From: Azolla caroliniana
Lineage: Eukaryota; Plantae; Polypodiophyta
DNA: 64,000 nucleotides
Assembly (NCBI GenBank): GCA_043228905.1
Contig: JBHGNT010000008.1
Span: 10,726,001 to 10,790,000, forward strand
Reading direction: 5' to 3'
Under the pieces are notes generated by a model, which was given only the letters and a program-made list of their open reading frames with translations, was not told the DNA's origin and searched no databases. Shown in pieces: positions 1 through 12,900 of this stretch (position 1 is its first letter; each line of letters opens with the position of its first letter). A program made the position numbers and the translations under genes.

Positions 1-127
1 GATATTCAACGTTTCAACAACAGGAGGCCATCTGGGGTCAAGTTTAGGGGTGGTAGAGCTCACAGTCGCCCTTCACTATGTCTTTGATACTCCAGAAGAC
101 AAGATCCTGTGGGATGTAGGCCATCAA
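1..127 (+). CDS. DXS: DXS exon (partial at window start)
   Basis: Frame from base 2 reads [14 protein letters not shown]...WDVGHQ; donor GTATGC at 128. Confidence 0.95.
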
Positions 128-3100
128 GTATGCACTTCAAGCTCATGTTTTCTTTATTGTCGTATGCAGGTGTTTGAAACTCATGACTTCATTGTCACAT
201 GTATGTATGTATGTATGTATGTACGTTTGTATGTGTCTAATGCTCTCGTTGTGGTATGTATGTATGTATGTATGTATGTATGTATGTATGTATGTATGTA
301 TGTCCATCTAGTAATCTCTTTTAACTGAACACGGGTTGATTGTGATTTGCAAGTGTTTAAAGTAATGACTTGATTTGACATGTATGTTGTATGCATGCGT
401 TTAATGGTTTGGTTGCAGTACGTACGTACGTATGTATGCAGTTAATGCATTTATCGTGATATGTCTGAATGGAGGAAGGTTTTAGGTTCCTGATCTTTAA
501 CTGTTTCTCCATGCAGGCCTACCCTCATAAGATTTTGACAGGAAGGAGATCCAAGATGCCCACACTTAGACAGACAGATGGTCTTTCGGGTTTCACTAAA
601 CGCGCAGAAAGTGACCATGATGCCTTTGGTGCTGGACATAGCTCAACAAGCATATCTGCTGGCCTAGGTATATAATACCACAGTCTCTTCAAGGTGTCCA
701 AAATGATGAATAAATGCCCTAGTCTAGAAGGCGTCCGAAAGGATGATGGTGTATTGCCATAGGCTCTATAAGATATTCCCAATTTTATTATGGATTTAAG
801 TCCCTACAAGGTGCCCAAAGGAATGATATATTACCATTGTCTCTACAAGGTGTCTGATATGATGAATTTATAACACCATATTCTCTGTAAGGTTTTCCAA
901 AATGATGTGTTAATTGCAGACTTATTCTCTACAAGATGTCCTTTTAATTGCTAAAAATCAGCCTTTACGTACAATTACTGGCAAATTTGTATGATGTAGG
1001 TATGGCTGTGGGGAGAGATCTGATGGGCAGGAGGAATCATGTCATATCTGTGATAGGGGATGGGGCAATGACAGCTGGACAAGCTTACGAGGCCATGAAT
1101 AATGCAGGATATGTGGACTCAAATCTGATCGTCATCCTGAATGATAATAAGCAAGTCTCTTTGCCTACTGCGACCCTTGATGGCCCAGCACCACCTGTGG
1201 GGGCCTTGAGTAGTGCCTTGAGCAGATTACAATCAAGCAAGCCACTTCGCGAGCTCCGTGAAGTCGCAAAGGTAATTCAAATCATGCACATTCTTTCTTC
1301 ACTTCCAAACTGCCCATCCCCCATCCCATCCCTCTACCAACATAATGGTTCGGTGTGGACCTCAAGTGTAAACCTCGTGTGTACTACATGTTTTCTTTAA
1401 CAAATCCTGTTCATTAATTAGGCGAAGTATGTAATTAGGAGAAGGGGACCATCCTAACATTATCATTTTCTTTTTTCAGACTATGACGAAGCAAGTTGGT
1501 GGATCGATGCATTCTCTAGCTGCCAAAGTCGATGAATATGCTCGAGGCATGATCAGTGGCTCACAATCAACACTCTTCGAGGAGCTTGGTCTTTATTACA
1601 TTGGTCCGGTCGATGGACACAGCATAAGCGATCTTGTTACGATCTTAAAGGAAGTGAAAGCTACCGATACATCAGGCCCTGTATTGATTCATGTTGTGAC
1701 AGAAAAAGGTCGTGGCTATCCATATGCTGAGAGGGCCCCCGATAAATATCATGGTAAGCGGCGGACTCTGGTTAATAATTCTCTTGGGTTCCGATGAATT
1801 AATTACAGAGTACTTTTTTCTTTTACAAGAAAAAAGAAGAAGATCCTCAAAGCATTGATGAAGTACATGTACTTACTTTTGATCTTTCTTTGATAATCGA
1901 AAGTTTGCTCCATGAGACAGACATCAACGAAGTACATGTACTTTTTTCTTTGACAAAGCAAAATGAATATTAAAGACGAGACACAGATGAATTTACATGT
2001 CTGTCTGTCTTTCTTTGACAAGCAAAAACGGGTTATATTTTTCGAATAGGAGTGGTAAAATTTGATCCTGCCACTGGAAAGCAATTCAAAGCAAAAGCTC
2101 CAACCCAAGCATACACCACATACTTTGCAGACGCATTGATTGCTCAGGCTGAAGTGGATTCCAAAATCGTTGCTATTCATGCTGCCATGGGAGGAGGTAC
2201 CGGCCTTAACATGTTTCACAAGCGATTCCCAGAAAGATGCTTTGATGTAGGGATAGCAGAGCAACATGGCGTAACTTTTGCTGCTGGTCTGGCTTGTGAA
2301 GGGCTGAAACCCTTTTGTGCAATCTATTCTTCCTTCCTTCAAAGAGCCTACGATCAGGTACAATGAATGATGATGTGGTTCAGATCACCTCCCATTCTTA
2401 TACCTATGCTCTAATGATATGGTTGTGAATGCCTCTCATTCTAAGACAGCTTATGGTCTAATATTCATGTGCTTTGCATTGCCTTGCATTATAATAGTTA
2501 CTGCTATAATGACAGCGGGCTCTCATTGCTTCTCAATAAATATTCTAATACATATGGCCCAAAGATATGGATCTTATTCCCTATCAATGTAATGCTTATG
2601 GTTTTGATTGCCCCTTATTGTATTACTTATGGCCAATAATATTGCTATATGGTTCTCATTCACTCTCATCCTAAAACTTCTAAAGCACATGTATGCAGGT
2701 TGTGCATGATGTTGATCTTCAGAAGTTACCTGTAAGGTTTGCCATGGATAGGGCAGGATTAGTAGGAGCTGATGGTCCAACTCATTGTGGAGCGTTTGAT
2801 ATTACATATATGGCTTGCTTGCCCAACATGATTGTGATGGCTGCATCTGATGAGGCTGAATTGTTTCACATGGTGGCCACAGCTGCGGCCATTGATGACC
2901 GTCCAAGTTGTTTCCGGTACCCTCGAGGCAATGGCATAGGTGTTGAGCTCCCTGCAGGGAACAAAGGAATTCCTTTAGAGGTGTGTATGTATATGTGCTT
3001 TCTCATCTCCTTGACTTAATATCTGTTTGTTATAAGCTACTAAATGTTGTACAACGTGGAACATGATGCACAATCCTTTCGCAGAATTGAATCATTAACT

Positions 3101-4319
3101 TATTGCATTTTTTTTTTGATATATCTTGGGTTTTCAAAAATCATTATAATACCCCTAGGTTTAATTCAGCAATTAGGGATGATTAAATCAAACTGTCTAT
3201 TATTAGTCACTGATGGATAGAATGGTTTAGTTTTGGTCCTAATGAACTCCAATACAATAGTCTAGAATTGAAATTATGTAAAATGTTGGCGAGATTAATG
3301 ATTGCATTGATCCATGCCTTGCAGCATTTATAGAACACCCATTGTGTACGTGGAAATCTATTGTGTAATGAATTCTCTCTGTTTTGCAGATTGGTAAAGG
3401 AAGGATATTGGCAGAAGGAACACAAGTAGCACTCTTGGGTTATGGGACTATTGTGCAAAACTTACTTTTTGCCAGGAAGCTTCTAGAAGAACATGGGGTT
3501 TCAGTAACAGTGGCTGATGCAAGATTTTGCAAGCCACTTGATCATGAACTCATCAGACAGCTTGCAAGGCACCATGATGTTGTCTTTACTGCAGAAGAAG
3601 GTTCTGTGGGAGGCTTTGGGTCACATGTTTCTCATTTCATGGCGCTAGATGGTCTCTTGGATGGGAAGATGAAGGTAACTGACTGAAGATTGCTACTTTC
3701 CTCTGTTGCTTGTGGATAATGTTATGAATCCCCTATTGCTGTGTATGATCTGATGATGATTGCCCTATTGTTGGGGAATGATGTGATGAAAGTGTATTAT
3801 TGTGGAATGATGTGATGACTGCCTTTTGTTTTGGAATGATGTAATGACTGCCCATTGTTGTGGATAATGTGATGCACTGCCTATTGTTGTGGATCATGTG
3901 ATGAACGCCCATAATTGTGGACAATCTAATGAATACACTACCTATTGTTGTGGATCATGTGATGAACGCCCATTATTGTGGACAATCTAATGAATGCCTA
4001 TATTTGTTGTGTATGAATATGAATATGCTATGGATGTCTAACATTGCGGATGTATTGTGAAGGACCTTGTGCAATGCCTATTGTTGTGGATGAATTCCAT
4101 ATAATTGATTGTAGATGAGTTCTATGAATCCACATTGTTATGATCTGATGAATAAATGTTTTTTCTCAGTGGAGACCCATTGTTCTTCCGGATCGTTACA
4201 TCGAGCATGGCTCACCAGTGGATCAGATGGCAGAGGCTGGCATCACAGCAACTCATATAGCAGCCTCCGTGTTGAAGATAATGGGCAAAACTAGAGAAGC
4301 TCTCCAGATAATGTCATAA
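1..4319 (+). CDS. DXS: 1-deoxy-D-xylulose-5-phosphate synthase (MEP pathway), probably clade 1; 5'-partial; join(<2..127,517..667,1000..1271,1480..1753,2050..2357,2699..2980,3390..3674,4170..4319)
   Basis: Eight exons with GT-AG introns splice to 1848 nt (615 aa plus TAA) with no stop. Motifs: [27 protein letters not shown]-binding [18 protein letters not shown]...[28 protein letters not shown]-terminus TREALQIMS. Confidence 0.97.
199..303. repeat. (TATG)n microsatellite, two blocks, in the first DXS intron of the window
   Basis: Directly visible GTAT/TATG runs. Confidence 0.95.
517..667 (+). CDS. DXS: DXS exon
   Basis: Acceptor ATGCAG at 516; [11 protein letters not shown]...SISAGLG; donor GT at 668. 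Confidence 0.95.
685..941. repeat. Degenerate ~40-bp minisatellite in a DXS intron
   Basis: CTCTACAAGGTGTCC-like core recurs at about 685, 722, 764, 802, 841, 883 and 927. Confidence 0.75.
1000..1271 (+). CDS. DXS: DXS exon (TPP-binding motif)
   Basis: Acceptor TAG at 999; MAVGRDL...GDGAMTAGQ...LNDN...EVAK; donor GTAATT at 1272. Confidence 0.95.
1480..1753 (+). CDS. DXS: DXS exon
   Basis: Pyrimidine tract plus CAG at 1479; TMTKQVGG...DKYH; donor GTAAG at 1754. Confidence 0.95.
2050..2357 (+). CDS. DXS: DXS exon
   Basis: Acceptor TAG at 2049; VVKFDP...IAEQH...RAYDQ; donor GT at 2358. Confidence 0.95.
2699..2980 (+). CDS. DXS: DXS exon (DRAG motif)
   Basis: Acceptor CAG at 2698; VVHDVDLQ...[10 protein letters not shown]...GIPLE; donor GT at 2981. 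Confidence 0.95.
3390..3674 (+). CDS. DXS: DXS exon
   Basis: Acceptor TTGCAG at 3389; IGKGRIL...DARFCKPLD...DGKMK; donor GTAACT at 3675. Confidence 0.95.
3700..4150. repeat. Degenerate ~29-bp minisatellite filling the last DXS intron
   Basis: Unit resembles TGATGACTGCCTATTGTTGTGGATAATG; near-exact 61-bp-period duplication at 3880 and 3941. Confidence 0.85.
4170..4319 (+). CDS. DXS: DXS terminal exon (not in the ORF track)
   Basis: Acceptor TTCTCAG at 4169; [24 protein letters not shown]...TREALQIMS; TAA at 4317-4319. Confidence 0.95.
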   Translation, partial: WRPIVLPDRYIEHGSPVDQMAEAGITATHIAASVLKIMGKTREALQIMS

Positions 4320-5859
4320 AGTTGCCCCCCTGGTACAGCATTTTGTACTACTATTTTTTTCACTAGGAAGCAGTTTTCCTCGAAATTGGAAGCATTTTGA
4401 TGCAAGGATTCATTGAGGTGTTCTCTCTCCCACAGTTTCATGCTTCCTCTTGAGATGCCATAGACATGTCAGCCAAGCCAATCAACTCTTTCTTAATCAC
4501 GTGTGGAGTAGTAGCCAAAGACATTGGGCCTCAAAGGATGAACATAAAATTAGAAAACTACCCACATTATTCCTTAGCTATAAGAGGAAGGAGAATGAAG
4601 TTCTTATCTACCTGTATCTATGGAAATTGTAGCTCTTATATGTAAAGTGCTCCACGTAACTATGGAGGTGTATTTTATGCTAAGTAAAGTAGAGTTTCTC
4701 TATCAGGATTGTATAATGTATGTATATCTGCAGTTGGAACTTTTCCTCTGTAATCTAATTTGTAAAACAATGAGGTTGTCGATTATGTAAGTTGTGTGAC
4801 ACTAAGTTTGTGTGTTATAATCACATCGTGTTAAAACGTTTGGACATGAATTAAATAAAAGGCATCCAACTTCCAAAAGATCATATTATAAAATACATTG
4901 GTGAATTCATAATAAGGGTGGTTAGGTTTAAATCTCTCACTTATATCAATTATATTAATTTTACCTTTTGGAAGCTACGATGTTAAAACTCGTGTAGATA
5001 CATTGAATGAGATGTCATGAGATGAGGGGGGGAAGATGGTGAAATGAGTCGTAATCGCAGATTTGATCTTGTTGGATTGATTCCGCACGTCTAATTCATC
5101 CTACATCAAATTTCATATAATTTTGTGGATTGGATTTTATAACTAATAATAATTTGTTAAGAACTCTTTCAACTAGGTTTACTTATTTTTGAGAAGAATT
5201 GCCATATCAAAATTTGGATTTAATACCTACTCATAATGATTTAATAAGAACTATTTTGGCCAGGTTTATTTATTTTAGAGAAGAATTGCAATATCTATTT
5301 TGATGTGAATTTAGATGCTCAACTAACATTGGTACAATCACGTGCAAAGTCAAAGTCCCATATTTCTTTTATGAAATTCCAAACATGGAACCAAGGTGGT
5401 GAGTATGCATGTTCCCATCGTAAAAAAGTGAAAGGTGATATGGGTTCCATAGATAATCTAAGCTATAGAAATAATATTTTGAGATGTAGCTACCTTGTAC
5501 AGGCTAATGCATGATTGCCAAATGGCATGCCTACATGAATGCTAAGTGGCAATCATGCATGGATGTGAGCATGTATATGTCCATCCACACTTTCTAGGTA
5601 GGCGCTCCAATCATCGATGACCATTTTGACAGAATGATCATAATGACTAGATAGAGTATTAGAACTTTCCTCTTGTAATTACATTGAAGTGCAAAGTCAG
5701 TTGAGGATTACAAGACGTTCTTCTCTTCTTAGTGAATTAGCAAAGCACAACAATTTACATGGAGAGTTAGACGAAATAGAATGGCAAAAAAATGCTAATC
5801 CGAACCATTCCGGTTGTGTGTAACCCAACCCCTTGCGGGACTAAAAGAGTGACGATTTT

Positions 5860-6240
5860 TGTTGAGAATCGAACTCAACTTCCCATAGAGATAGTATAGT
5901 GTTCACACTAGCCAGTTGACACCATACTAGGCTAGTTTTGTAATTAGCAGAAAAAAACTTGCCCTAGATTAGTTGGTATTTGAACCAACTCTTTGTAACT
6001 TAGTTATTGTTGGATGCTCTACTCCCAGTCGGACGATAGAAGAGGATTCGGCCGAGGAAATAGAGGTCGATTCGGCCAACATCGACAGGGTCATTCGACC
6101 CGAGAACTCACTTCCTATCATTGGCAAGAGGCTAGAAAGCCTCCGAGGGAGTTCGGTAGAAGGGGGAGCCACCCTGCCGGACCGAGTCATCACCACAACC
6201 CGATCAAATGTCGGTACTACAGAAAACTCGACCACTCGAT
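5860..6240 (+). mobile_element. Copia element C, left part: truncated LTR (5860-~6016) fused by deletion to a gag C-terminal fragment
   Basis: Starts TGTTGAGAATC and aligns to the reverse complement of LTR 22763-23032. Continues MLYSQSDDRRGFGRGNRGRFG...CRYYRKLDH (decayed zinc knuckle), homologous to about 26590-26810. Confidence 0.75.
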
Positions 6241-8240
6241 CATTATCTTCTTCTCCGACTCCCAATCGGCAAGGGTCTTGTCCTCCATGAAGATAATATC
6301 TTGACTCCGGAAAACCTTCTTGTCGACCGGATCCCACACTCGGTAGCCGAACTCATCATCGCCGTATCCGAGGAATATGCAAGGCTGGGACTTTGGATCC
6401 AACTTTGCTCTCCGGTCCTTTGCAACATGCATGTAAGCGAGACACCTGAACACCTTTAGATGCCGGTAAGACATTTACCAGTCCACACTCTCTGTGGTGT
6501 GTCTTCGTCCAAGGGTACTGAGGGTGATCTATTTATCACATACGTCGTTGTCGACAACGACTCAGCCCAAAATGTCTTGGGTAACTTTCCATGTGCTAGC
6601 ATACTCCTGGTCCGGTTCATCCTCTCGGCTAGCCCATTGAGTTCCGGCGTCTTCGGCATGGTAAATTCGAGCCGGATTCCCTTCGAGCGACAATACTGCT
6701 CAAACTGACCCCGGTATTCTCCTTCGTTATCTGCTCGAACCGCCTTTAGCTTCTGGCCGGTTTCTCTTTCCACTCTTGCGTGGAGCTCCTTGAAGACGGA
6801 TAACACCTGATCCTTCGTCTTCAACGGTGTAGCCCACAACTTTCGGTTGTGGCCGTCTATGAACGTCACGAAGTACTGTGATCTGGCATGTGACTTTGTG
6901 TCCACTTGACACACATTAGTATGCACCAGCTCTCGTGGTGCATTACGTCTTATCGGTGGCCTTGAGCGGAAGGAGGTCCGGTTTTGCTTACCGGCCAGGC
7001 AGTCGGTGCACTTCTCAAGATGCACGTCTTTCACCGGAATGAGGTTGTCATTGGCAAGATTCTTCATCCCCTTCTCGCTCATGTGACACAGTCTCTTGTG
7101 CCACAGCTCACAGGCAGTGTTGGATGCCACGTTCACTTCTTCCGGGCATGACTGGGCATTTATCAGGTACAGTGTGTTGACCTTCCGGGCTCGAGCCACT
7201 ATTAGGCTCCCTTTGCAGAACTTCATGACACCGTTCTGGATGCTACCCGTGTAGCCTTCATCGTCCAGCTGACCGGTTGATATTAGGTTCAGTCGAAGCT
7301 CCGGAACGTGTCGGACATCCTTCAGCAGCAACTTGCATCCGGTTGATGTCGTCAACAACACATCTCCTATGCCGATAATTCGGCATGTCCCTTCATTCCC
7401 CATCCAGACACAACCATGCTCACCGACCGTGTAGGATGAGAAGCATTTCTGGTCCGGGGTAAGGTGGAACGACACTTCGGAATCAACAACCCATGTTGCC
7501 TCGTCGCCGGCAAGGTTCAACTCACTCTCCTCGGTGATGAGCATCAACTCTTCTTCACTTGCCGTGATTGCTGTCGTTCCCTTCCGGTCCAGTCCTCTCC
7601 AGTCTTTATCATTCCGGTCTAATGACCGCTTCAAATCGATACTGTCGGTTTCATTGTCTTTCTGGAAATGCCGATAGTTCTTATGGAAGTGCCCCCGCTT
7701 GCCGCAATAGAAGTAGGTGGGCCTCCCCCTTGACTTTGATCGTGTCCCCGACTTTTCCCGGTTCTAGGGACTCTGGTTCCTTTGTCTTCCGCGTTCTGAT
7801 TCGGTAAGGAGCACTTTGGAGTTGGAGCTCGTATCCTTGTCTTTCCGACGCGCCTCCTCATCTAGCAACCTCGACTTGACTCTTGCTAGGGATAACTGTT
7901 TCCCTACCGGCCCGGCGTTGCCCAAAGTGACAACTAACGTCTCCCAGCTATCCGGGAGGGAACCGAGCAGGAGCAGTGCTACTACCTCATCGGTGAGAGG
8001 TACATCCAGCGAGGTTGCTTGGTGTATCAGTCCCTGGAAGGCATTCATGTGCTCCGCCATACTAGAGCCATCTTGGTACCGATGCCTCACTAGCTTCTGG
8101 AATACCGAAACCATTTTTGTTCTGAAACATAATGCCGATCTTCTCCTAGAGCTCATGAGCCTTGCTCTCTTCGTTGAAGTTGTTGTGCATGCTCATGTCG
8201 ATGAAGCACCGGATGTATCCCCTTCCGTTGTCTTCATGTG

Positions 8241-8654
8241 TGAAAAGAATGACGTGCGGAAGCAATATAGGAAAACCGAACAACAGAAAACGCAGGTTTA
8301 ATGGAAAGCTTAGGTCTTCACAGTACGCACAGAAGAGACAGAGAGAGAGTAACACAAGAACTTAAATTCGAAAAATAATACTCAATTTGTACATAGGATG
8401 TGCTCAGTGAGCACTTTTATACAAGCCCTGACAGTGGGCTGACACAAGTACTGACAGTACTTGACTGCTCATAAATGAGCCTCGACACTTACTCCCAAAA
8501 CTATTCCTTACGAGGAATATCTTTCTAACGGCCTTTCGGTCTACGCACTGATACGACCTTTCTACGCACCGGTCTGCGTACCGGTTTTATGCACCTAGTC
8601 TACGCACTGGTTACGCATCGTATTATGCACAAATGTTGAGCTTGTCTCTCAACA
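8241..8654 (-). repeat. 3' LTR of element B
   Basis: 414 bp; 10 substitutions and one 2-bp indel versus the 5' LTR (hand count). Confidence 0.97.
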
Positions 8655-9538
8655 CTCCCCCTCAAGCTCAACTTGAGGTTCCGCCTGCTGTGCCGGACCT
8701 ATGCTCCGGCTTCTCCTAGCTCCACGCCTCGCTCGCGCTCCTCGGCCTGTTCGACTCCGCGCGCTTCAACCCTTCTGGTCGACTTGTCTATTCCCACGAC
8801 CCTTCACAGATCCCTTGCTCTCGCGGTGTTGGCGCTTCTCCTGCTGCCTTCTTTTCCGCATGGCCCTCTGTTGATTCAGTGTATCTGAATCAAACATCCG
8901 AACCAACTCGACTACCTCCGATTGGTTTTCGCTCTCGTCCGAGCTCTCATCCGAGTTGGCTATCTCCAACTCGTCTCTGGTCTTCTCGCTCTTGACGGTG
9001 TCATCTCCCCCATGCTTGGTTGGCGTTGGCTCTTTCTTTCGGCTACTCCCCTTGTGTCCGCTTTCGGACTCTTCCACGGATCTGCTCTCGGCTTCTTCAG
9101 CCAATCCGAGGTCTTTTCCGCTCCTTTCCTGCTCCCTTTCGTGGTCATCTGGGACGTTTCTCCCCCTCAAGTTCGGCATGTCGAAGTGATGCAACCCAAG
9201 CGCACCCGAAAATTGCCGCAACTTGTCCAGACCAAGAGGCTTGGTGAAGATGTCGGCGGTCTGCCGATCCGTCGGAACATATTGAAGTTCGACTTCACCA
9301 GAAAGGACACGCTCTCGGACAAAATGGTAGTGCACCTCAATGTGCTTGATCCGTGCATGGAAGACGGGGTTCTTCGCGAGTTGGATGCTGCTGAGGTTGT
9401 CGCAGTAGATCGTCGTTGGATCGGATACCTCCTCCTGCAGATCCTTAAGTAGCCGCTTCAACCAAATGGCTTCGCATGTTGCGACAGCCGCTCCTCTATA
9501 CTCGGCTTCGGTGCTCGACAGTGCAACTGTCGGCTGCT

Positions 9539-9912
9539 TCTTGCTACTCCACGCTATCGCGGCACTCCCAAGAGAGAACGCATGTCCGAATGTGGATCGG
9601 CGATCGACAACATTGCCGGCCCAGTCGGCATCAGTGTAGCCGACCGACTGGGGGGCTGTATCGGTCTGATATAGCAGTCCGCGGTCCTTAGTGCCGCTTA
9701 CGTACCGCAGTACGCGTTGCGCACATCTTGCTACTCCACGCTATCGCGGCACTCCCAAGAGAGAACGCATGTCCGGATGTGGATCGGCGATCGGCAACAT
9801 TGCCGGCCCAGTCGACATCAGTGTAGCCGACCAACTGGGGGGTTGTATCGGTCCGATATAGCAGTCCGCGGTCCTTAGTGCTGCTTACGTACCGCAGTAC
9901 GCGTTGCGCACA
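9539..9912. repeat. 187-bp tandem duplication inside pol of element B
   Basis: Copies at 9539-9725 and 9726-9912; 7 mismatches. Confidence 0.95.
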
Positions 9913-12900
9913 CTGAAGGTGCTCCTCGGTAGGTCGCGCCATGAACTGACTGATCACCCCGACCAGATAACTGAGATCGGGTCGGGTGATGGTCAAGTAG
10001 ATAAGGCTTCCGACAACTTGTTGGAACCTTGTCAGATCGCAAACCTTGCCGGAATTGGGGCGAACCTTGACAGTTCTGTCCAGAGGAGTCGAGATGGACT
10101 TACAGTCTGCCATCCCGAATTTGAAGAGCATATTCAGCACGTAATGACGTTGGCTGATTAGTATGCCTTCGGGGGTGCGGATCACTTCGATCCCGAGGAA
10201 GTAATGAAGGTTCCCCAGATCCTTCATGTCGAATGATGCCGTAAGCTAGAGCTTCACGCGGTTGATTTCACCTAGGTCGGCGCCGGTGATGACCAAGTCA
10301 TCAACATAGAGTAAAATACTGACCGGCCCGAGTCGACCTTTCCGAATGAACAATGAGGAGTCCGATTTTGACGTCGCAAAGCCCATCCAACGTAGCCGAT
10401 GCGTGATTTTTGCATTCCAGGCACGCGGGGCTTGCTTCAGTCCGTAAAGGGACTTCTTCAATCGGCATACTACTGATGTGTTCGGGCCGGAGTGAAATCC
10501 GGGGGGCTGAACCATGTACACTTGGTCCTCAAGCTCACCTTGTAGGAATGCATTCTTTACATCCATCTGATGTAGATGCCACCCCTTGGCCGCGGCTACT
10601 GCGAGCAAAACACGGACTGTCGTCATCTTTGCGACCGGCGCGAACGTCTCATCGTAGTCGATGCCGTGTTTCTGAGCGTAGCCTTTTGCCACTAACCGGG
10701 CCTTGTATCGGTTGACCGAGCCTTCGGTGTTGTACTTAACTTTGTACACCCACCTACATCCGATCGGCTTCCCACCCTTCGGTGCGTCAACCAGGTCCCA
10801 GGTCTCGTTTTCCACCAATGCGTGCATCTCTTCCTCCATTGCGGTGCGCCAATTCGCGTCCTTCGCCGCTTCTACGTAGCTCTCCAGCTCACGCACTTCC
10901 GCTACACGGGTCATGTACGCATAGTGATGCGCCATGTACTCGTTGTATCCGAACCGCACAACTGGGTTCTTTTGGCGGGTAGATCGGCGCAATCGGTCAT
11001 TTGCCGATGTCGAGGTCTTCTTGGCCGACGCGGACTTCGTTCCTGAAGGCCCGTTGCCTCTTCCCTCGAAGTCGGACTCGCGTTGGTCCAACCCGTTCCT
11101 ATCCGCGCCGGAATCCGACACCTTCTTCTTCCCTTTCTCTTTGCGCGTAAGCCCTCTCCTCGGCTTCCTACTCTTCATCGGACTGGTCGTACCGACTCAA
11201 TCGTCCATTCGGTCCACTTAACCGAACCGAAATCGGACTCTCTTTGGGGGTCCCGATTTCAAGCTCAGCCGGAGGCACCTCGGCCTCGTTGTCCTCATCG
11301 TTAGAACTCGGATTGGAGGTGAGGTCCGGAGTCGGAGGCAAGTACCAGGACGCAGACTCATCAAACACAACGTCGCGGCTCACGCGCGGTTGTTTGGTGC
11401 GCGGGTTATAACACTTATAACCCTTCTGCTCGTCCGAATAGCCGACCAAGATACACTTCTCGGCTTTTGCGTCCAACTTCATCCTTTTCTCCTTCGGCAC
11501 ATGTACATACGCAATGCTACCTGAAAACTCGTAAGTGTCGCAAGTTCGGCTTTGTTCCAAAGTATAGCTCGTGCGCCGACACTTTTTCTCCGATCCGGTT
11601 CTGGATGTATACAGCGGTTCTTACCGCCTCGGCCCAATAGAACTTGGGCAAGCTCTTCTCCTCCAGCATTGCGCGTGCAACTTCCACAATTGACTGATTC
11701 TTCCTCTCGGCCACGCCGTTTTGCTCCGGCGTGTATCTACAATTGAATTCGCGCCGAATTCCCATCTGTTGTAGATAACCGTTGAATTGACCGGAAAAGT
11801 ATTCTTTTCCGCCATCCGACCGCAGGCACTTGATCTTTCTTCCTGTTTCCGTTTCCACGAACCCTTTGAGGTCCCGGAAGCAGTCGAAGACTTCGCTTTT
11901 CCTCTCAATGAGGTAGATCCACGTGTGCCGCGTGTAGTCGTTGATGAAGGAGACAAAATATCGGCTCCTGCCAAGACTAACGTTTTGTGCCGGCCCCCAC
12001 ACATTAGAGTGTATCAAGTCTAGCTTATTCCGGCTCCGATTACGCTCGTTTGGGAAAAGGAAGACGGTGTTGCTTCCCAAGCTGGCAGGCTTCACAAATT
12101 TGTGCCTTCCGGCCACTAAATTTGGGCAATCCAAACACCAATTGTTTCGATTACAGGTCTTGAAGCCGTGGGTAGTTGACGTGGCCTATCCGTTTGTGCC
12201 ATAAGTCGATGTCCGACTCGACTTTTTGTCCCTTCGTGAGGATAAACATCCTCCCATCTCTGTGCCCTTGCGCAATAATACGGCCTTCTTCCTCAATGAA
12301 GCACCCAAGATGCGTAAATCGAACCTGCATCCCCTGGTCGACGATCTGCCCGACCGACACCAGATTCTTCGTGATGGTCGGGACGTGTAACACGTTCATA
12401 AGTTTCCCTTTCTGCCTGACATGGCTCAAGGGAACTTCACCGACATTTGCGATCGGATGCGGAGTGTTGTCTCCAATTGCGACTACTCCTGGTTGCGTCG
12501 GTTTCTCAAGGTATGAGAACCACTCCTTGTGGCACGTCATGTGGTTTGACGCGCCGGAGTCGACATACCACACCTTGTCTGATTTTGGGGTGGACTGTTT
12601 CATTGAGTTTGCTTCGTGTCTCGTCACGAAGACTGACCCCTTTTTCGGCTTTTCCGGATCCTTCGGCATAGTGCGATCGCTGCTGATTTCCTTTGTCGGT
12701 ATGTCCGGAACCAGACCTCTCTGACTCGGCGCGCTTCTTCCAGCACTTGCTCTCCCTGTGGCCTTTCTTGCCACAGTACCAGCATTCCGTGGCGGATTTC
12801 CCTTTCTGGTTCTCGTCGCCTCAACCCCCGCTGTTTCCGGAGGGTTCAGAATTGCTGTCGGCATCACTTCGATGCATTCTTCCTTGATCCCGTCGGCCGC

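Noticed and set aside
181-396. ORFs with YIHT/MYVC repeats (also 15817-16245)
   Set aside because: Translations of (TATG)n microsatellites.
1803-2363. 186-aa minus-strand ORF and the many similar antisense ORFs over pol regions
   Set aside because: Shadow frames opposite real coding sequence, with no independent motifs.
3700-4150. CRISPR-like array
   Set aside because: Degenerate head-to-tail units with no unique spacers, inside a eukaryotic intron.
5760-5859. Possible 3' end of an RTE LINE or Au-like SINE (…GAATGG…AACCCC…GGGACTAAAAG)
   Set aside because: Resemblance is too short and degenerate to support.
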